This document shows positions 31,759 to 42,665 of a DNA stretch of 64,000 nucleotides, piece by piece. Under the pieces are notes generated by a model, which saw only the letters and a program-made list of their open reading frames with translations, ran no database searches and had not been told where the DNA came from. Source of the stretch: a virus; IMG/VR virus record IMGVR_UViG_3300024520_000049, positions 126,499 through 190,498 of that record; one strand, 5' to 3'. The position numbers and the translations under genes were made by a program. The number at the start of each line of letters is the position of its first letter. Within the stretch, counting starts at the first letter, position 1.

Positions 31759-32180
31759 CTATACAGCCATTAAGTAAAGAGATACACCAGATGGCGCTGG
31801 ACATGGGCGTCCTACAGCTGCGGCTGCAATTCTCTGGGGGTAGTGACGAGGGTTTTCTGAACGTAGAGTCCGCACCGTGGCTGTATCACTCGGTGTGCCG
31901 CACCTGCCGGAGGGCGGGCCAAAAGTCTGATCGTGGCTATGTTTGCATACATTGTGATGAGGTTATTAGCTACCCGCACAAACCACGAGACTTCTACGAA
32001 GCTGTGGAGGAGTGGGCCTGGAAGGTATACTCCTATGGCGGCGCTGGCGCCGGTGAGGACTATGGTGATGACATCACCTATAACCTGGAGAATAAGACAA
32101 TGGAGCATCAGCGCTGGACGGAGGGGCGCGTCTACCACGACGAGACAGAGGAGAAGCTGGAGGTAGCGGATGCTGATTAG
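31755..32180 (+). CDS. DUF6878-like protein with an inserted zinc ribbon
   Basis: QFSGGSDEG motif; CRTC..CIHC. Confidence 0.55.
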   Translation: MTIQPLSKEIHQMALDMGVLQLRLQFSGGSDEGFLNVESAPWLYHSVCRTCRRAGQKSDRGYVCIHCDEVISYPHKPRDFYEAVEEWAWKVYSYGGAGAGEDYGDDITYNLENKTMEHQRWTEGRVYHDETEEKLEVADAD

Positions 32181-32397
32181 CGAAGACACCTACGTACGAG
32201 CCCAGGTGAACAACACACCCTGGGCTCGGGCGAGCTGGCACGCTCGCACTGGCACCGCTAGCACTGTTTGCCATCATGTGGAGCTCCAGCTGCAGGACCA
32301 GGCTGCGCAGATATATGCGCTACGTGATACAATCCGTGAACGCGTGCAGGACCAAATAGAAGAGGATCAACTAAAGGAGAACGAAGATGGCGATTGA
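32170..32397 (+). CDS. mini-gene of the array family
   Basis: ISEDTYVRAQV...VQDQIEED; paralog of 31371. Confidence 0.75.
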   Translation: MLISEDTYVRAQVNNTPWARASWHARTGTASTVCHHVELQLQDQAAQIYALRDTIRERVQDQIEEDQLKENEDGD

Positions 32398-35300
32398 ACC
32401 AGTAGACGTTGACCGATGCCAGGGGGAGAGCAGGCCCGGGGCGTTCGCCCTCGGCCCGAACACCTTCCGCCGTTGCGGCCGCCTCCCCACAGCCATTGTG
32501 CTTGAGCGCGAGGATGGCGAGGACGGCCACAAGGGCAGCATGTCCCTCTGCGAGCACTGCCTGCCTATTATGCAGGACATGACGAATGTGCCGGTGGACG
32601 TGATCCACATCAAGGAGCGGGGGGTTAGTGAAGTGTTAAAGAAGGAGAAGAACAGTGGATGAGAAATTAGAAGAAGCGAAGAAGACTGAGCTCCACTCGT
32701 GGGCGCAGACGCTGGTCATGGACTTCCAGCGCCTCGCTGAGATGGGGATGAATTACCTGGCTCTGGGCTTCGGTGATCCGAAGACGGGCGAGGAGTACGA
32801 GGTGATCGTACAGCGCAAGAGCGGGCGCACCCCTGCGGACAAGGTCACAGCGCTACAGGCTGAGGTTGACCGGCTACAGCAGGGATTGGAAGGCGCGATC
32901 AACAGGCTTGAGACGATACGCGAGACAGAGTCGAGATTCATGCTGGACCGGGACATTGAGAGCTACAAGGCAGCTTTGTGCCCCACGCATCTCTCCGCTG
33001 CAGGCGAGTGCGCCTACATGCACGTACCCGACAAGCACTGCGTGAAGTGCGGCAAGGTCGGTCTCTGATGAGCAAAGCTAAGGACTACCGCAGTGCGAAT
33101 CTGGCCAAGCACTGCGGCAATTGTGTCTTCCACCTATGGGAGGAGGACAAGGCTGTGTGCCAGAACCCGGCGTTCCTGGCGGTTGAAGACGCAGCACGGA
33201 CAGCTGTGGGCATGGGCTGGCATGAGGAGGACATGCGCGCTAAGGCTGCTGACTATGTGCTGGAGGACTTCTTCACAGACTCAGACTGGCAGGAGTATCA
33301 CGCTATCTGCGATGATTGGGCTGGTAAGAGTGAGCACCTCGTGATGAGCCACAGCTTGGAGCTCTGGGAGGAGAGCTTCTACGAAGCGCTCGACGTTGAG
33401 GCCGCCAGGCCTGACCCAACAGAGGTCATCAGAGAGCCATGCGACGATCCGGACTGCCAAGCCTGCAAAGTAGCTACCGTGCTGCATACACCACAAACGG
33501 CTGAGGCTGAGCAGTGCTGTGACCCGGGCTGCCACGCCTGCAAGGCGGAGCATGAGGCGCGACTGCTTAAGCAGCAGCTGTCTGACGTCAACAAGAAGGG
33601 CTATGAAGAAGGGCGTGCGGCAGTGATAGCGGAGCTCCGAGAGCTGTACCACCACTGGGCTCTTGTTGCGGAAGGTGCTCCCCACAAGGAGTACATTGCG
33701 GCGCACCAGTATATCAAAGACGTGAAGCAGATAACAGGAGACAGCTGATGGTTGGTATGTTCGGCATAGTGGCAGTAATCCTGATGTTCCCACGCGCCCT
33801 CTCAGAAAATCGCTGGACCTGGCGTGTGGCTGGTGAGTTCCTGGTCCTTCTTGTGCTGACCGTGCTCTCTATCCTGTGCCTTGTCACCTCGGCGAGCAAG
33901 GGCGGCACATCATGAGCCGGCCGCTGGAGTGGGATGTAATCGACTGGGAGAGAAGCGGGCCTGCCCATACCGCCAACTCCACGGTCCACGATGACGGCCG
34001 GCCGTTCCGGTACCGCGTAACAAAGCAGGGTAAGGAGTTCTCCGTAGGGCATTCAGACCACGAGCTGCTCTCTGACCCGGTGGATCCGTTCCCGGATCTT
34101 GCTCAGGCTTACTGCCAGAATAACGAGTACATGCTGGTGAGATCCTTGGAGGATGACTACAAACGCAAAGAAGGAGGTGGATGATATGCCCGATTTAGGG
34201 CCACTTATCAAGGGCTTAGAAACGGTAATAAAAGCCAAGTACGACCTGATGTGCGAGACCTGCGGTAGAATGACAAAGGCTCGCGAGATGATCGGCAAGC
34301 ACGAGCAGGCCACCTGTCTGGTGTGTCAAGGAATATGTCCTGACTGCGAGCAGTACGGAGAGGATAGCGAACGCGGGCTAGTTTGCCTGGAGTGTGATAA
34401 AGTGTGGGAGGCAGAACCATGAGCACGACAACCAACAGCGTGCGCCTAAGAGACAACACCAGCGCGGCTATCAATGACTACGAGATCTGGCTGCTCCAGT
34501 GGAGCGACTACTGTGCAATGCTACAAAGGAGGGCAAGATGATAATACAACGAACCATATCTGTAATGCTGCTATTGCTGATGTTGCACTACCTCGCCACC
34601 GATAAGGAGTTGATCGCGGCCGTGCTATTGCTGTGTTCGCTCATGTCCGAGGCGCTTGCTGAGCTGAAAGGCGCACGTGACGACGCGCGGGACCCGTGAA
34701 GTGCCCAATCTGTAAGGAGCCCATAGTCAAGAAGAGTATGCTGCCAGCAGAGGCGTACAGCTTCATGCGGGACCTGGGCCTGAACGCCTTCCCTGGCGCC
34801 TTCCTCAGCCGTAAGTGCTGCAACTACTGTGTCGGGGCGATGCGTGCCGGCATGACATTGGAGTGTTTGCGCAGAGAGAGTATACGTAGCAGGCAATCAG
34901 ACGCTGCTGCAGTGGACAATCAGACGGATGCTGAAAAAGCACCGCCACACCTAAAAAAGTGCGTACAACCAGACTGACGGTCGAATAAAGGAGGATAGAC
35001 GTGACAAAAAAAGAAGCGCAAGAAGGTGTCGACGCGCGTCTGCGACTGTCTGCAATGAAGACCCGGCACCGATTGAAATTGTCGTGGAACTTTGACAGCG
35101 AACTCGTCCTAGCCTCCCGCTGGCCCCGACGACTGCCGAGAGATCCCTGGGGGGCTGGCTACATGCGCCGAGTACCGGGCCCACGGTGGATGCACACGGG
35201 GCCAGTGAGGTTCCATCTCTACGATTCGGCGACAGCGGGTAACCGACTGTATGACGCTCAAGCGTTTTACTACGCGTGGAGGATCACGGAAGAGGAGCGC

Positions 35301-37835
35301 GCCAGGGTTCTGCAGCGCTACAAATCGGCTGGCGACAGCCTGCCCTGGGGGACGGCCCCAACCTGGGGCTCGATGGACCTGTGCGCACGTTGCGGGGAGG
35401 ACTACCATAACTCGACCCGGGGTCATGTGTGCCTCAACCCGCTCCCGGCTTGGGAGCATCTAGTTGAAGATCTGAGGGAAGCCAGCCCCGGCAGGCACTA
35501 CACGACTTTGGTCTGCCGCTGCCCCTTCCACACCGAGAAGCGCCGTTCCTTCCGCATCGACCCTCACATGTACCGGTTCGGCTGCACTAAATGCTATCAC
35601 CCTGGCGGGAAGCTAAGCGATCTGGCGTCCCGCATAGAGGAGGTACGAAATGGCGTCAATAGCGCCGATGATTAAACTGCTGGGAGAGAATATGGCACTG
35701 AAGCAGAGCAGGCACAAGTGGGAGCGTGTAGGCGAGGGTATCGAGGTGTGCGCTCACTGTGATCGCCGGCGCCTTAAGCGGGCACTCGCGCCCACAGAGG
35801 AGGGTGGAACTATCTACTACAGCATCGTCCACTGGAACAAAACAGAAGATGACCCCGCTCACGGAGATGAGCCTTCCCGCCCGGCAGACACGACTCGCGA
35901 GTCATCATACGCTGGACGCTGCACTCGCCGAGTGTGCCGCACATGTAATACCGTTGTAATGAACACAGTAAGAAACGAACAGGGGTACGTATGCGCGTGC
36001 TCCGAAGGAGAAGTAGATGAGTGATGATCAGTATAGCCTGGGCTTGGTGAAGTTCGAATGCGGCTGCGTCGGCTGGGTGCCAGCCATCCGGCCTGATGAG
36101 GGTAAGACACACATGGACGCCACGTGCATCAAGCACTGTGACCGTACGGCGGACGGTAGCCCGTATGGGTTGATAGTGAAGCAGGTTCCTGCAAGGTGGG
36201 AGTCCATGCCGCTGCCGGCGCAGAAGGCCGTGGTCCAAGAGATGGGCCGGCTGATAGCTGAGGGCGGGGAGTTCCGCAAGTTGAAGGCCATCCTGGGAAT
36301 CTCTGATGCCTGACCGGACATACAGAGTAGACCATCACTGGGCCTTCGCGCCCATAGCATACTACCTCACCCACACCTCAAAGATGACCCAGGAGCAGGC
36401 AGCGGCTGCCTTGGAGATTGACTTTAATCCGGCGAAAGGTGAGTACCTGGTTATCGAAGAGATAGAGATTAAACACTTCCCGGATAGCCTTCTCGGGGGC
36501 ATCGTGGGAATAAGCGATACCTGAGTACGATGGGACACACATACCGCGGGGACGAGCATAAAAACAAGCGGCAGCTGAAGAAGGACTCAAAGAAAGTTAG
36601 AGCTGCACGTAAGCACAACAAGAAACACGGAGGAAAGAAGAGCTGATGATCAACAAAGAATTTGCAAATGCGGCCATAGCGCTGCTGAATGAGCTGAATG
36701 GTATTGATCCAGAGGCCACCCGCAAGTTGGTGGACACACACGTACCGTGCGGGGACGTGCTGATAGAGCACCCCACGATACAGGTTCTGACAGGCCCCCC
36801 ACAAGCGTCGGTTGGGCTTCTCGGGATACTTAACGGCATCTGCGGGAGTTATGGACCGGAAGGCGGGGACAAGGAGGGCTGGGGTCCAGTTGCAGCCATA
36901 TGTGAAGAGGACGGCTCCATCTTTGAGTTTCAACTAGTGACCTGCGGATCTACCACCTAATGTGGATCATGCTCACCACCAAGCTGCCTACGGAGGTGTC
37001 ACCACCAAAGCTCAGCATCTTCTGGTCAGTACCATGGGTCGACGAGGAGATGGTTAAGAGCCAGATGGAGCCTGCAGTCAGGATCAATGGCTGTACCAGC
37101 AAGAAGAAGGTTCCCTGTGAGAAGGTTGGCGAGCTTGTCTTGGGCAATTCACCCTTCGGGCTGGAGCCTGACTTCAGGGAGGCGCGCAAGATCCTCTACA
37201 AGAGCGAGTCAGTGCGCGTATTCCCACATGAGTTCTCAGTGCTGAAGAAGGAGAACCTTCGCATGTACATCGAGGAGTCGCATGAGCTGGTGGCCGGCAG
37301 CGCGGCCGAGGATGAGATCCTTTCAGAGATTAAGCGCGGCGCGCGTAAGGACACCTACGACGCCGCGCTGATCGACGGCGCAACACACGCTCAGGCTACA
37401 ATGGTGGCGCTGGGCAAGGACCCCACGCTGGAGGACAACGAGTTCCCGGCAATCGGCTGGTATCGGTGCAAGCGGGAGTTTGCACAGATCTACTGCTATG
37501 ATAACGAGATGGAAGAAACTGATCACCGGCGAGAGCCACAACTGGAGGACGCATAAATGGCTGACCGAGCAGAGTACCCGCAGCACGATAAGCTGCATGA
37601 AGTGAAGGAACGCTCTCAGACCATCGGGGAGTTCATGGAGTGGCTTGGTGCAGAGAAGAAGCTCTGCCTGGCCACCTGGGCGAACGATAACTGGATGTTG
37701 CCAGCGCCCTACGATATCCAGGATCTCTTGGCGGAGTTCTTTGAGATCGACCGTAATGCGCTTGAGGCCGAGAAGCTGCACATGCTGGAGGCGCAGCGTG
37801 CGTTAAATGCGCGAGCGGCAGAGCAAACAGCATGA
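32387..37835 (+). other. run of coupled orphan genes, many Cys-rich
   Basis: 32387-32662, 32655-33068, 33068-33748, 34696-34977, 36017-36313, 36306-36524, 36646-36960, 36960-37556, 37557-37835 and others. Confidence 0.65.
35001..35675 (+). CDS. protein with a C-terminal CHC2 (primase-type) zinc finger
   Basis: CPFHTEKRRSFRID...FGCTKC..GG. Confidence 0.65.
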   Translation: MTKKEAQEGVDARLRLSAMKTRHRLKLSWNFDSELVLASRWPRRLPRDPWGAGYMRRVPGPRWMHTGPVRFHLYDSATAGNRLYDAQAFYYAWRITEEERARVLQRYKSAGDSLPWGTAPTWGSMDLCARCGEDYHNSTRGHVCLNPLPAWEHLVEDLREASPGRHYTTLVCRCPFHTEKRRSFRIDPHMYRFGCTKCYHPGGKLSDLASRIEEVRNGVNSADD

Positions 37836-39350
37836 CTAGCGTTAAGGCCCTTTTGCGGGAGCAGGTGCGGGCTCAGATATGGGGGCGGGTTCGGGATCAG
37901 GTGCGAACCACGCCGCGACATCAAACAGGGGAACAGGTAGGGGATCGGGCAAAGCTCCCAGTATGGGATCAAGTGGGGGAACAGGTAGGGGATCAGCTAT
38001 GGGGTGAAGAGCGTGGTTAGCGTTAAGGAGCAGGATCAGGTAGGGGCTCAGGTATGGGGTCAGGTACGGGGTCAGGTATGGGATCAGGTAGAGGAGCAGG
38101 TATCGGATCAGGCATCGAGACCGGTATCGGCTCAGATTTACAGGCAGGTACAGGATCGGGCGTGGGATCAGCTATGGGATCAGCTATGGGAGGATGTAGA
38201 TGATTAGTGTCAAGGAGCAGGCGCAGGATCAGGTATGGAGCGGGCCGCGCCATAAGGTCGCGACCAAATTGAAGCTCCCGGCAGGCGTCCGCCTCGATAT
38301 GCACGATTGGTGGTGGGCGTCTATGACCCGTGAGTGGCGCCCGGGACACATACGGGACCAGCTGCACAGCGACGTGCAGTGTGATTAGCGTGCAGAAGCA
38401 GGCGCGCCCGAAGCTGCTGGAGCGTGCTAGCCACGCCCAGCTCGAGGCCAATTACTGGATCTCCAATGATGTTTGGTGCCGCGGCTCCATTCAGATATAT
38501 GATCTGGTGTGGCAGGCGACGGGGAGACCTATACGAGTCCCTATCCAGGAGGAATTAAGAGATGATCAGCGTTAAGAAGCGGGTGCGGGATCAGGTGGAA
38601 ACCCACCCCCGCGCGGCTGTGGAGCAAATTCCGGCGTACACAGAGGTGGTAGTGCACAACCACTTACGCACTACCGTATATCTTAGCGTAATGGATCGGG
38701 TGTGGTTACTCACATGGGACCAGCTGTATCATGATGGGAGGCAACAACAGGAGGACTTCAATGATTAGCGTTAAACAGCAGGTACGAGATCAGGCATGGG
38801 ATCAGGCAGGAGGTCAGTTAGAGAGTCAGTTAGAGAGTCAGTTAGAGAGTCAGGTACGGAGTCAGATATGGAATCAGGTATGGGCTCAGGTATGGGATCT
38901 GGTACGGATTCAGGTATGGGAGGACTTCAATGATTAGCGCCAAACAGCAGTTATGGAGCGAAGCGCTCGAGACTGGGTGCTAGTTCATCCAGAGTTGCAG
39001 ATACGGGCGCGGACACAAAACCAAATAGAGAACCGAGTTTGGGCTAAGGTGTGGGAGCAAGTACGGGATCAGACATGGGATCAGCTGTGGGATTTACGGG
39101 CGCACGCGTGGGATCAACTAGAGGAGGATGTAAATGAAATGGGCACGAGAGACACGAGGCCATCAATATGACTAACGTCAGTGTACGGGCAACGGTCAAG
39201 CCAGAGGGCGGGGCAGAGGCTCAGCTGTTTTGGCAGGTAAGCTATCGGGTAAGGGCTCAGGTGTCGAGACAGTTGTGGCATCGGGTAGAGGATCAACTAG
39301 TACAAGTGGACCGCCCAATGTGGCTCCTACTACGGGAGGATAACACATGA
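37832..39350 (+). other. tandem array of 8 QVWDQ mini-genes
   Basis: Starts 37832, 38013, 38200, 38381, 38562, 38761, 38930/38953, 39168; M(I/T/V)SVK..QV..QVWDQLWED. Confidence 0.85.
37856..39120 (+). repeat. degenerate 12-nt coding microsatellite CAGGTATGGGAT-like
   Basis: For example caggtaggggct caggtatggggt caggtacggggt caggtatgggat at about 38037-38084. Confidence 0.85.
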
Positions 39351-40424
39351 AATGGACACGAGAGACATATGACGGGCCAGGCTTCTCCAAATACACCAGC
39401 GACTGTGGAGAGTACGAGATCGTGAAGCTGTACGAGAACTTGCCGAACGGTGACGCCTTCCAGCTGAACGTGCGTGGGTACTTCAAAGGCACTGGCACGC
39501 TGTCGTCACTGAAGACAGCAGCACGCTGGGACAAACGACATAACTAAGGGGGGTATCATGTACGAACGCATGTACCATGAGAAGGTGGAAGAGCTGCACA
39601 AGATGCAGACGGAGCGGGACGAGCTAAAGAAAGAGCTGGACGGCGTCAGCACGGCGCTGACCGAGGCTGGCGAGAGTATGGAAGCACTGGCTATAAAGCT
39701 GGCGGCCATCGAAAAGTCCTTCACGTATGCTGGCGGCAACCTGCCTGAGAACTTCAAGATCATCACCATGCATGATCTTGAGCGGTCGAAGTGGGAGCTT
39801 AAGGAGACTGGCACAATCCTCATCGAGAACATTGACGGCACACTGTACACACACTTCGGCGCCACCGAGCCGCCAGGCAGAGCAAAGGCTCTACGCTGGG
39901 GGATGATCATCTGATGGCTAAGGTATCAATACTCGCGTGGAAGAAGAAGCCCGCCGGCGTGTTCACCCAGAAGAAGCTGCTCTGGGAGGCGATGGAGAAG
40001 GTGATGGATGAAGATGAGCTCTTCATTGGTGACAAGGAAGCCACGTACAACCGCCTGTGCACAGTGCTGCGCAAGGAGGGCAAGGTAAAGATCACGGACG
40101 ACATCGACACAGCTGTCTTCCAGGTCTGGGATTGCGTAACCAATGAGCTCATGCTGGAACTCGAGGAGGCTTGAGATGGGATCGACTATGCTTTACGGCA
40201 GCGCCGTGGACTCGATTGGCGGTGTCACGATAGCAAGCGGGGATTCCCGCACTGTCGATAAGGGTTACGACAACGTAACAATAAATATGCACTGTACCAG
40301 CACCACTGTTACAGTGTACGAAATCACGTTACATGCATTCGAAGATGATTTGGGCGAGAAGGTTATGAAACAGAAACAGGAGCCCTTCTACAAGGCGCTC
40401 TACCCACGAAGGAAGAACAGATGA
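39347..40424 (+). other. four small orphan genes
   Basis: 39347-39547, 39558-39914, 39914-40174, about 40176-40424. Confidence 0.6.
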
Positions 40425-40654
40425 AGAAGCTTATCACATGTCTTGTTCTGATGTGCGGTTGCGCTCCCTCGCCACCACCCCCGCACTCTACTAAATCGAG
40501 CCTCGATTCCAGCCAGACATGGGGCACACGTGAGGTTAAAGTTGTTACGGATGAAGAGGGTTACCGCTGGGCGGTGATTCATGAGACTCGTAACGTGTTC
40601 AGTGTCTCCCCGCTACCAAAGTTGAAGGATGAAGAGGGCAAACTCGCACCATAA
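40421..40654 (+). CDS. putative lipoprotein
   Basis: MKKLITCLVLMCGC lipobox-like signal. Confidence 0.6.
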   Translation: MKKLITCLVLMCGCAPSPPPPHSTKSSLDSSQTWGTREVKVVTDEEGYRWAVIHETRNVFSVSPLPKLKDEEGKLAP

Positions 40655-40679
40655 TTAACCACCCACGAAGGAAGAACAG

Positions 40680-41546
40680 ATGAAACTATACCTGGACCTG
40701 CTGGACCGAATCATCGGCACCGGCGAACGTAAAGAGAACCGCACAGGCATTGACACGATGGTCATACCACCTGTGCAGATTCAGCACGACATGGGCAAGG
40801 GCTTCCCCCTGCTCACCACAAAGAAGATGGCGAAGAAGACCATGGCGGTGGAGCTGGAAGGCTTCATCAAAGGCGTCACCTCAAAGGCTTGGTTCCAGGA
40901 GCGCGGCTGCCGTATTTGGAACGAATGGGCCAACCCTATATCTGTGACGAAACGGGTGGAATATCTCGGTAAGCCAGAAGGAGAGGATCCCGATGCTTTC
41001 CGCAAGCGAGTACAGCTCGGTACGGATGATCTCGGCCCTATCTACGGGGCACAGTGGAGGAACTACAACTTCCAAGGATGTGATCAGTTTGATAACATCG
41101 TACAGAAGCTGAAGACCAACCCCAACGATCGCCGTATGATCTGCATGGCCTGGAATCCCCTGGCTGTTGATGAGCAGGCTCTGCCGGCATGCCATCTCGG
41201 CTTCATCATCCAGCACATCAACGGCAAGCTTCACCTGGCTTGGTGGCAGCGCAGCGTTGATACATTCCTGGGGCTGCCGTTCAACTTGGCCTCATACGCT
41301 CTGCTGCTGCACCTCATCTGCCTGGAGACAGGTATGAAGGAGGGGACAGTGACTGGGCAGCTGGTGGATGTGCACATCTACGAGAACCACCGGGAGCAGG
41401 TACTGGAGCAGTTGGGCAGGACACCCTACTCGCTGCCCAGGGTGTCTACGCCCAACTTCACGTCGATCTACGACTGGAAGGCATCTGACACCGAGTTCAT
41501 TGGCTATCAGCATCATCCGCCGATCAAAGCAGAAGTTGCTGTCTGA
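40680..41546 (+). CDS. thyA: thymidylate synthase
   Basis: NRTGIDT, FPLLTTKK, DLGPIYGAQWR, LPACH, QRSVDTFLGLPFN, DVHIYENH. Confidence 0.97.
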   Translation: MKLYLDLLDRIIGTGERKENRTGIDTMVIPPVQIQHDMGKGFPLLTTKKMAKKTMAVELEGFIKGVTSKAWFQERGCRIWNEWANPISVTKRVEYLGKPEGEDPDAFRKRVQLGTDDLGPIYGAQWRNYNFQGCDQFDNIVQKLKTNPNDRRMICMAWNPLAVDEQALPACHLGFIIQHINGKLHLAWWQRSVDTFLGLPFNLASYALLLHLICLETGMKEGTVTGQLVDVHIYENHREQVLEQLGRTPYSLPRVSTPNFTSIYDWKASDTEFIGYQHHPPIKAEVAV

Positions 41547-41977
41547 TGGCTAATTACATATCCACTTGGCGCAGCAACTACTTCAAGGTGAAGGACAGGG
41601 AGGCGTTCTTGGAGTTCATTTCTAGAGTGCACGACCTCGACGTGAAAGAGGACGAGCGCGGATTTGTGCTGCTCGAAGCGCAGGATGGCGAGGGCGGCGC
41701 ACCGTCGATGATATCGCTCAACCCTGACGACGATGACGCGGAGCCAGCGTACTTTGACACCGGCGAGGCAGCCTCATTTGAGTCCTATATCGCAGCGCAC
41801 CTTGCCGACGGTGAGGTGGCTATCCTGATGGAGTCTGGCCATGAGAAGCTTCGCTACGTCAGCGGATACGCCACCGCGGTGAGAGCCGACGGTGAGATCA
41901 TCCACATCAGCTTGAGCATGATCTACGATCTGGTTGAGCGGGAGTGGGGAGTCAAAACAACGGAAGCTACATACTGA
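41546..41977 (+). CDS. conserved hypothetical protein
   Basis: MANY...RSNYFKVKD...HLADGEVAILMESGHEKLRYV.G. Confidence 0.75.
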   Translation: MANYISTWRSNYFKVKDREAFLEFISRVHDLDVKEDERGFVLLEAQDGEGGAPSMISLNPDDDDAEPAYFDTGEAASFESYIAAHLADGEVAILMESGHEKLRYVSGYATAVRADGEIIHISLSMIYDLVEREWGVKTTEATY

Positions 41978-42220
41978 CGGACACACTAAACTAATACGTA
42001 GGTATATTTATTGCGCGCTAGGTTCTATTGGATGGAGAGTCTGTGTTTTTAGAGGTCGTAAGCGCGCGATTCACGTTTTTTGCGACCTCTGGCGTTGCGG
42101 TGTGTTGGACGCACGCTTGTCCCACCGCCGCCGCCTCCTAAACATGGCGACAAGCCCGGACCGTCATGGGTAACAGACTCATGTCCGGACATTACTTAAA
42201 CTAATCAAAAGGAGACACTT

Positions 42221-42634
42221 ATGCCTGAAGTACAAGTATTAACAGAAGAGCAGGCGGAAGCCTGGGCGGCCATCGAGAAGGCCGCGAAGGAGCTGGTGTT
42301 CGGCGAGGGCTTCGCAGTTGTGGCCGCCGGCAAGCGCCTAACAGCGCTGGTTGAGGAAGCTACTGCTCGCGCCATTCCAATGGCCAACTTGGAGTATAAG
42401 AAAGACATGGTAGGGTCGAAGACCCCGCACCGTGGCTGCATGCTCGGCAAAAACGCTGCACGCAGCACCTGGACGTATACACCCGAGCTGCAGGCTGACA
42501 TTGACACGCTAGACACGCGTAAGAAGGTGGAGCAGGTTGATGGGTCCGCCACGAAAGTCGCTGGCAAACTGGACAGTAACAAAAATGCGCTGTTCAGGCT
42601 TTCTGTCGTAGAGCGTTTGACGTTACCTGGTTGA
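42221..42634 (+). CDS. hypothetical protein
   Basis: AAGGAG site preceded by TACTTAAACTA. Confidence 0.7.
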   Translation: MPEVQVLTEEQAEAWAAIEKAAKELVFGEGFAVVAAGKRLTALVEEATARAIPMANLEYKKDMVGSKTPHRGCMLGKNAARSTWTYTPELQADIDTLDTRKKVEQVDGSATKVAGKLDSNKNALFRLSVVERLTLPG

Positions 42635-42659
42635 CAATAGACAGTTACCCGGATAACGT
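42631..42659 (+). promoter_or_regulatory. sigma70-type promoter, possibly leaderless
   Basis: TTGACA-N17-TAACGT; ATG 7 nt downstream with no ribosome site. Confidence 0.45.
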
Positions 42660-42665
42660 GCTCTC

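Noticed and set aside
22020-39350. Integron or diversity-generating retroelement as the explanation for the mini-gene arrays
   Set aside because: No integrase or reverse transcriptase is in the window, the genes overlap so there is no room for attC palindromes, and I found no template/variable pair differing only at adenines. A factor encoded outside the window cannot be excluded.
40680-41546. Base-modifying thymidylate synthase homologue (dCMP hydroxymethylase)
   Set aside because: It retains the canonical GLPFN asparagine and all ThyA motifs, consistent with ordinary dUMP methylation.
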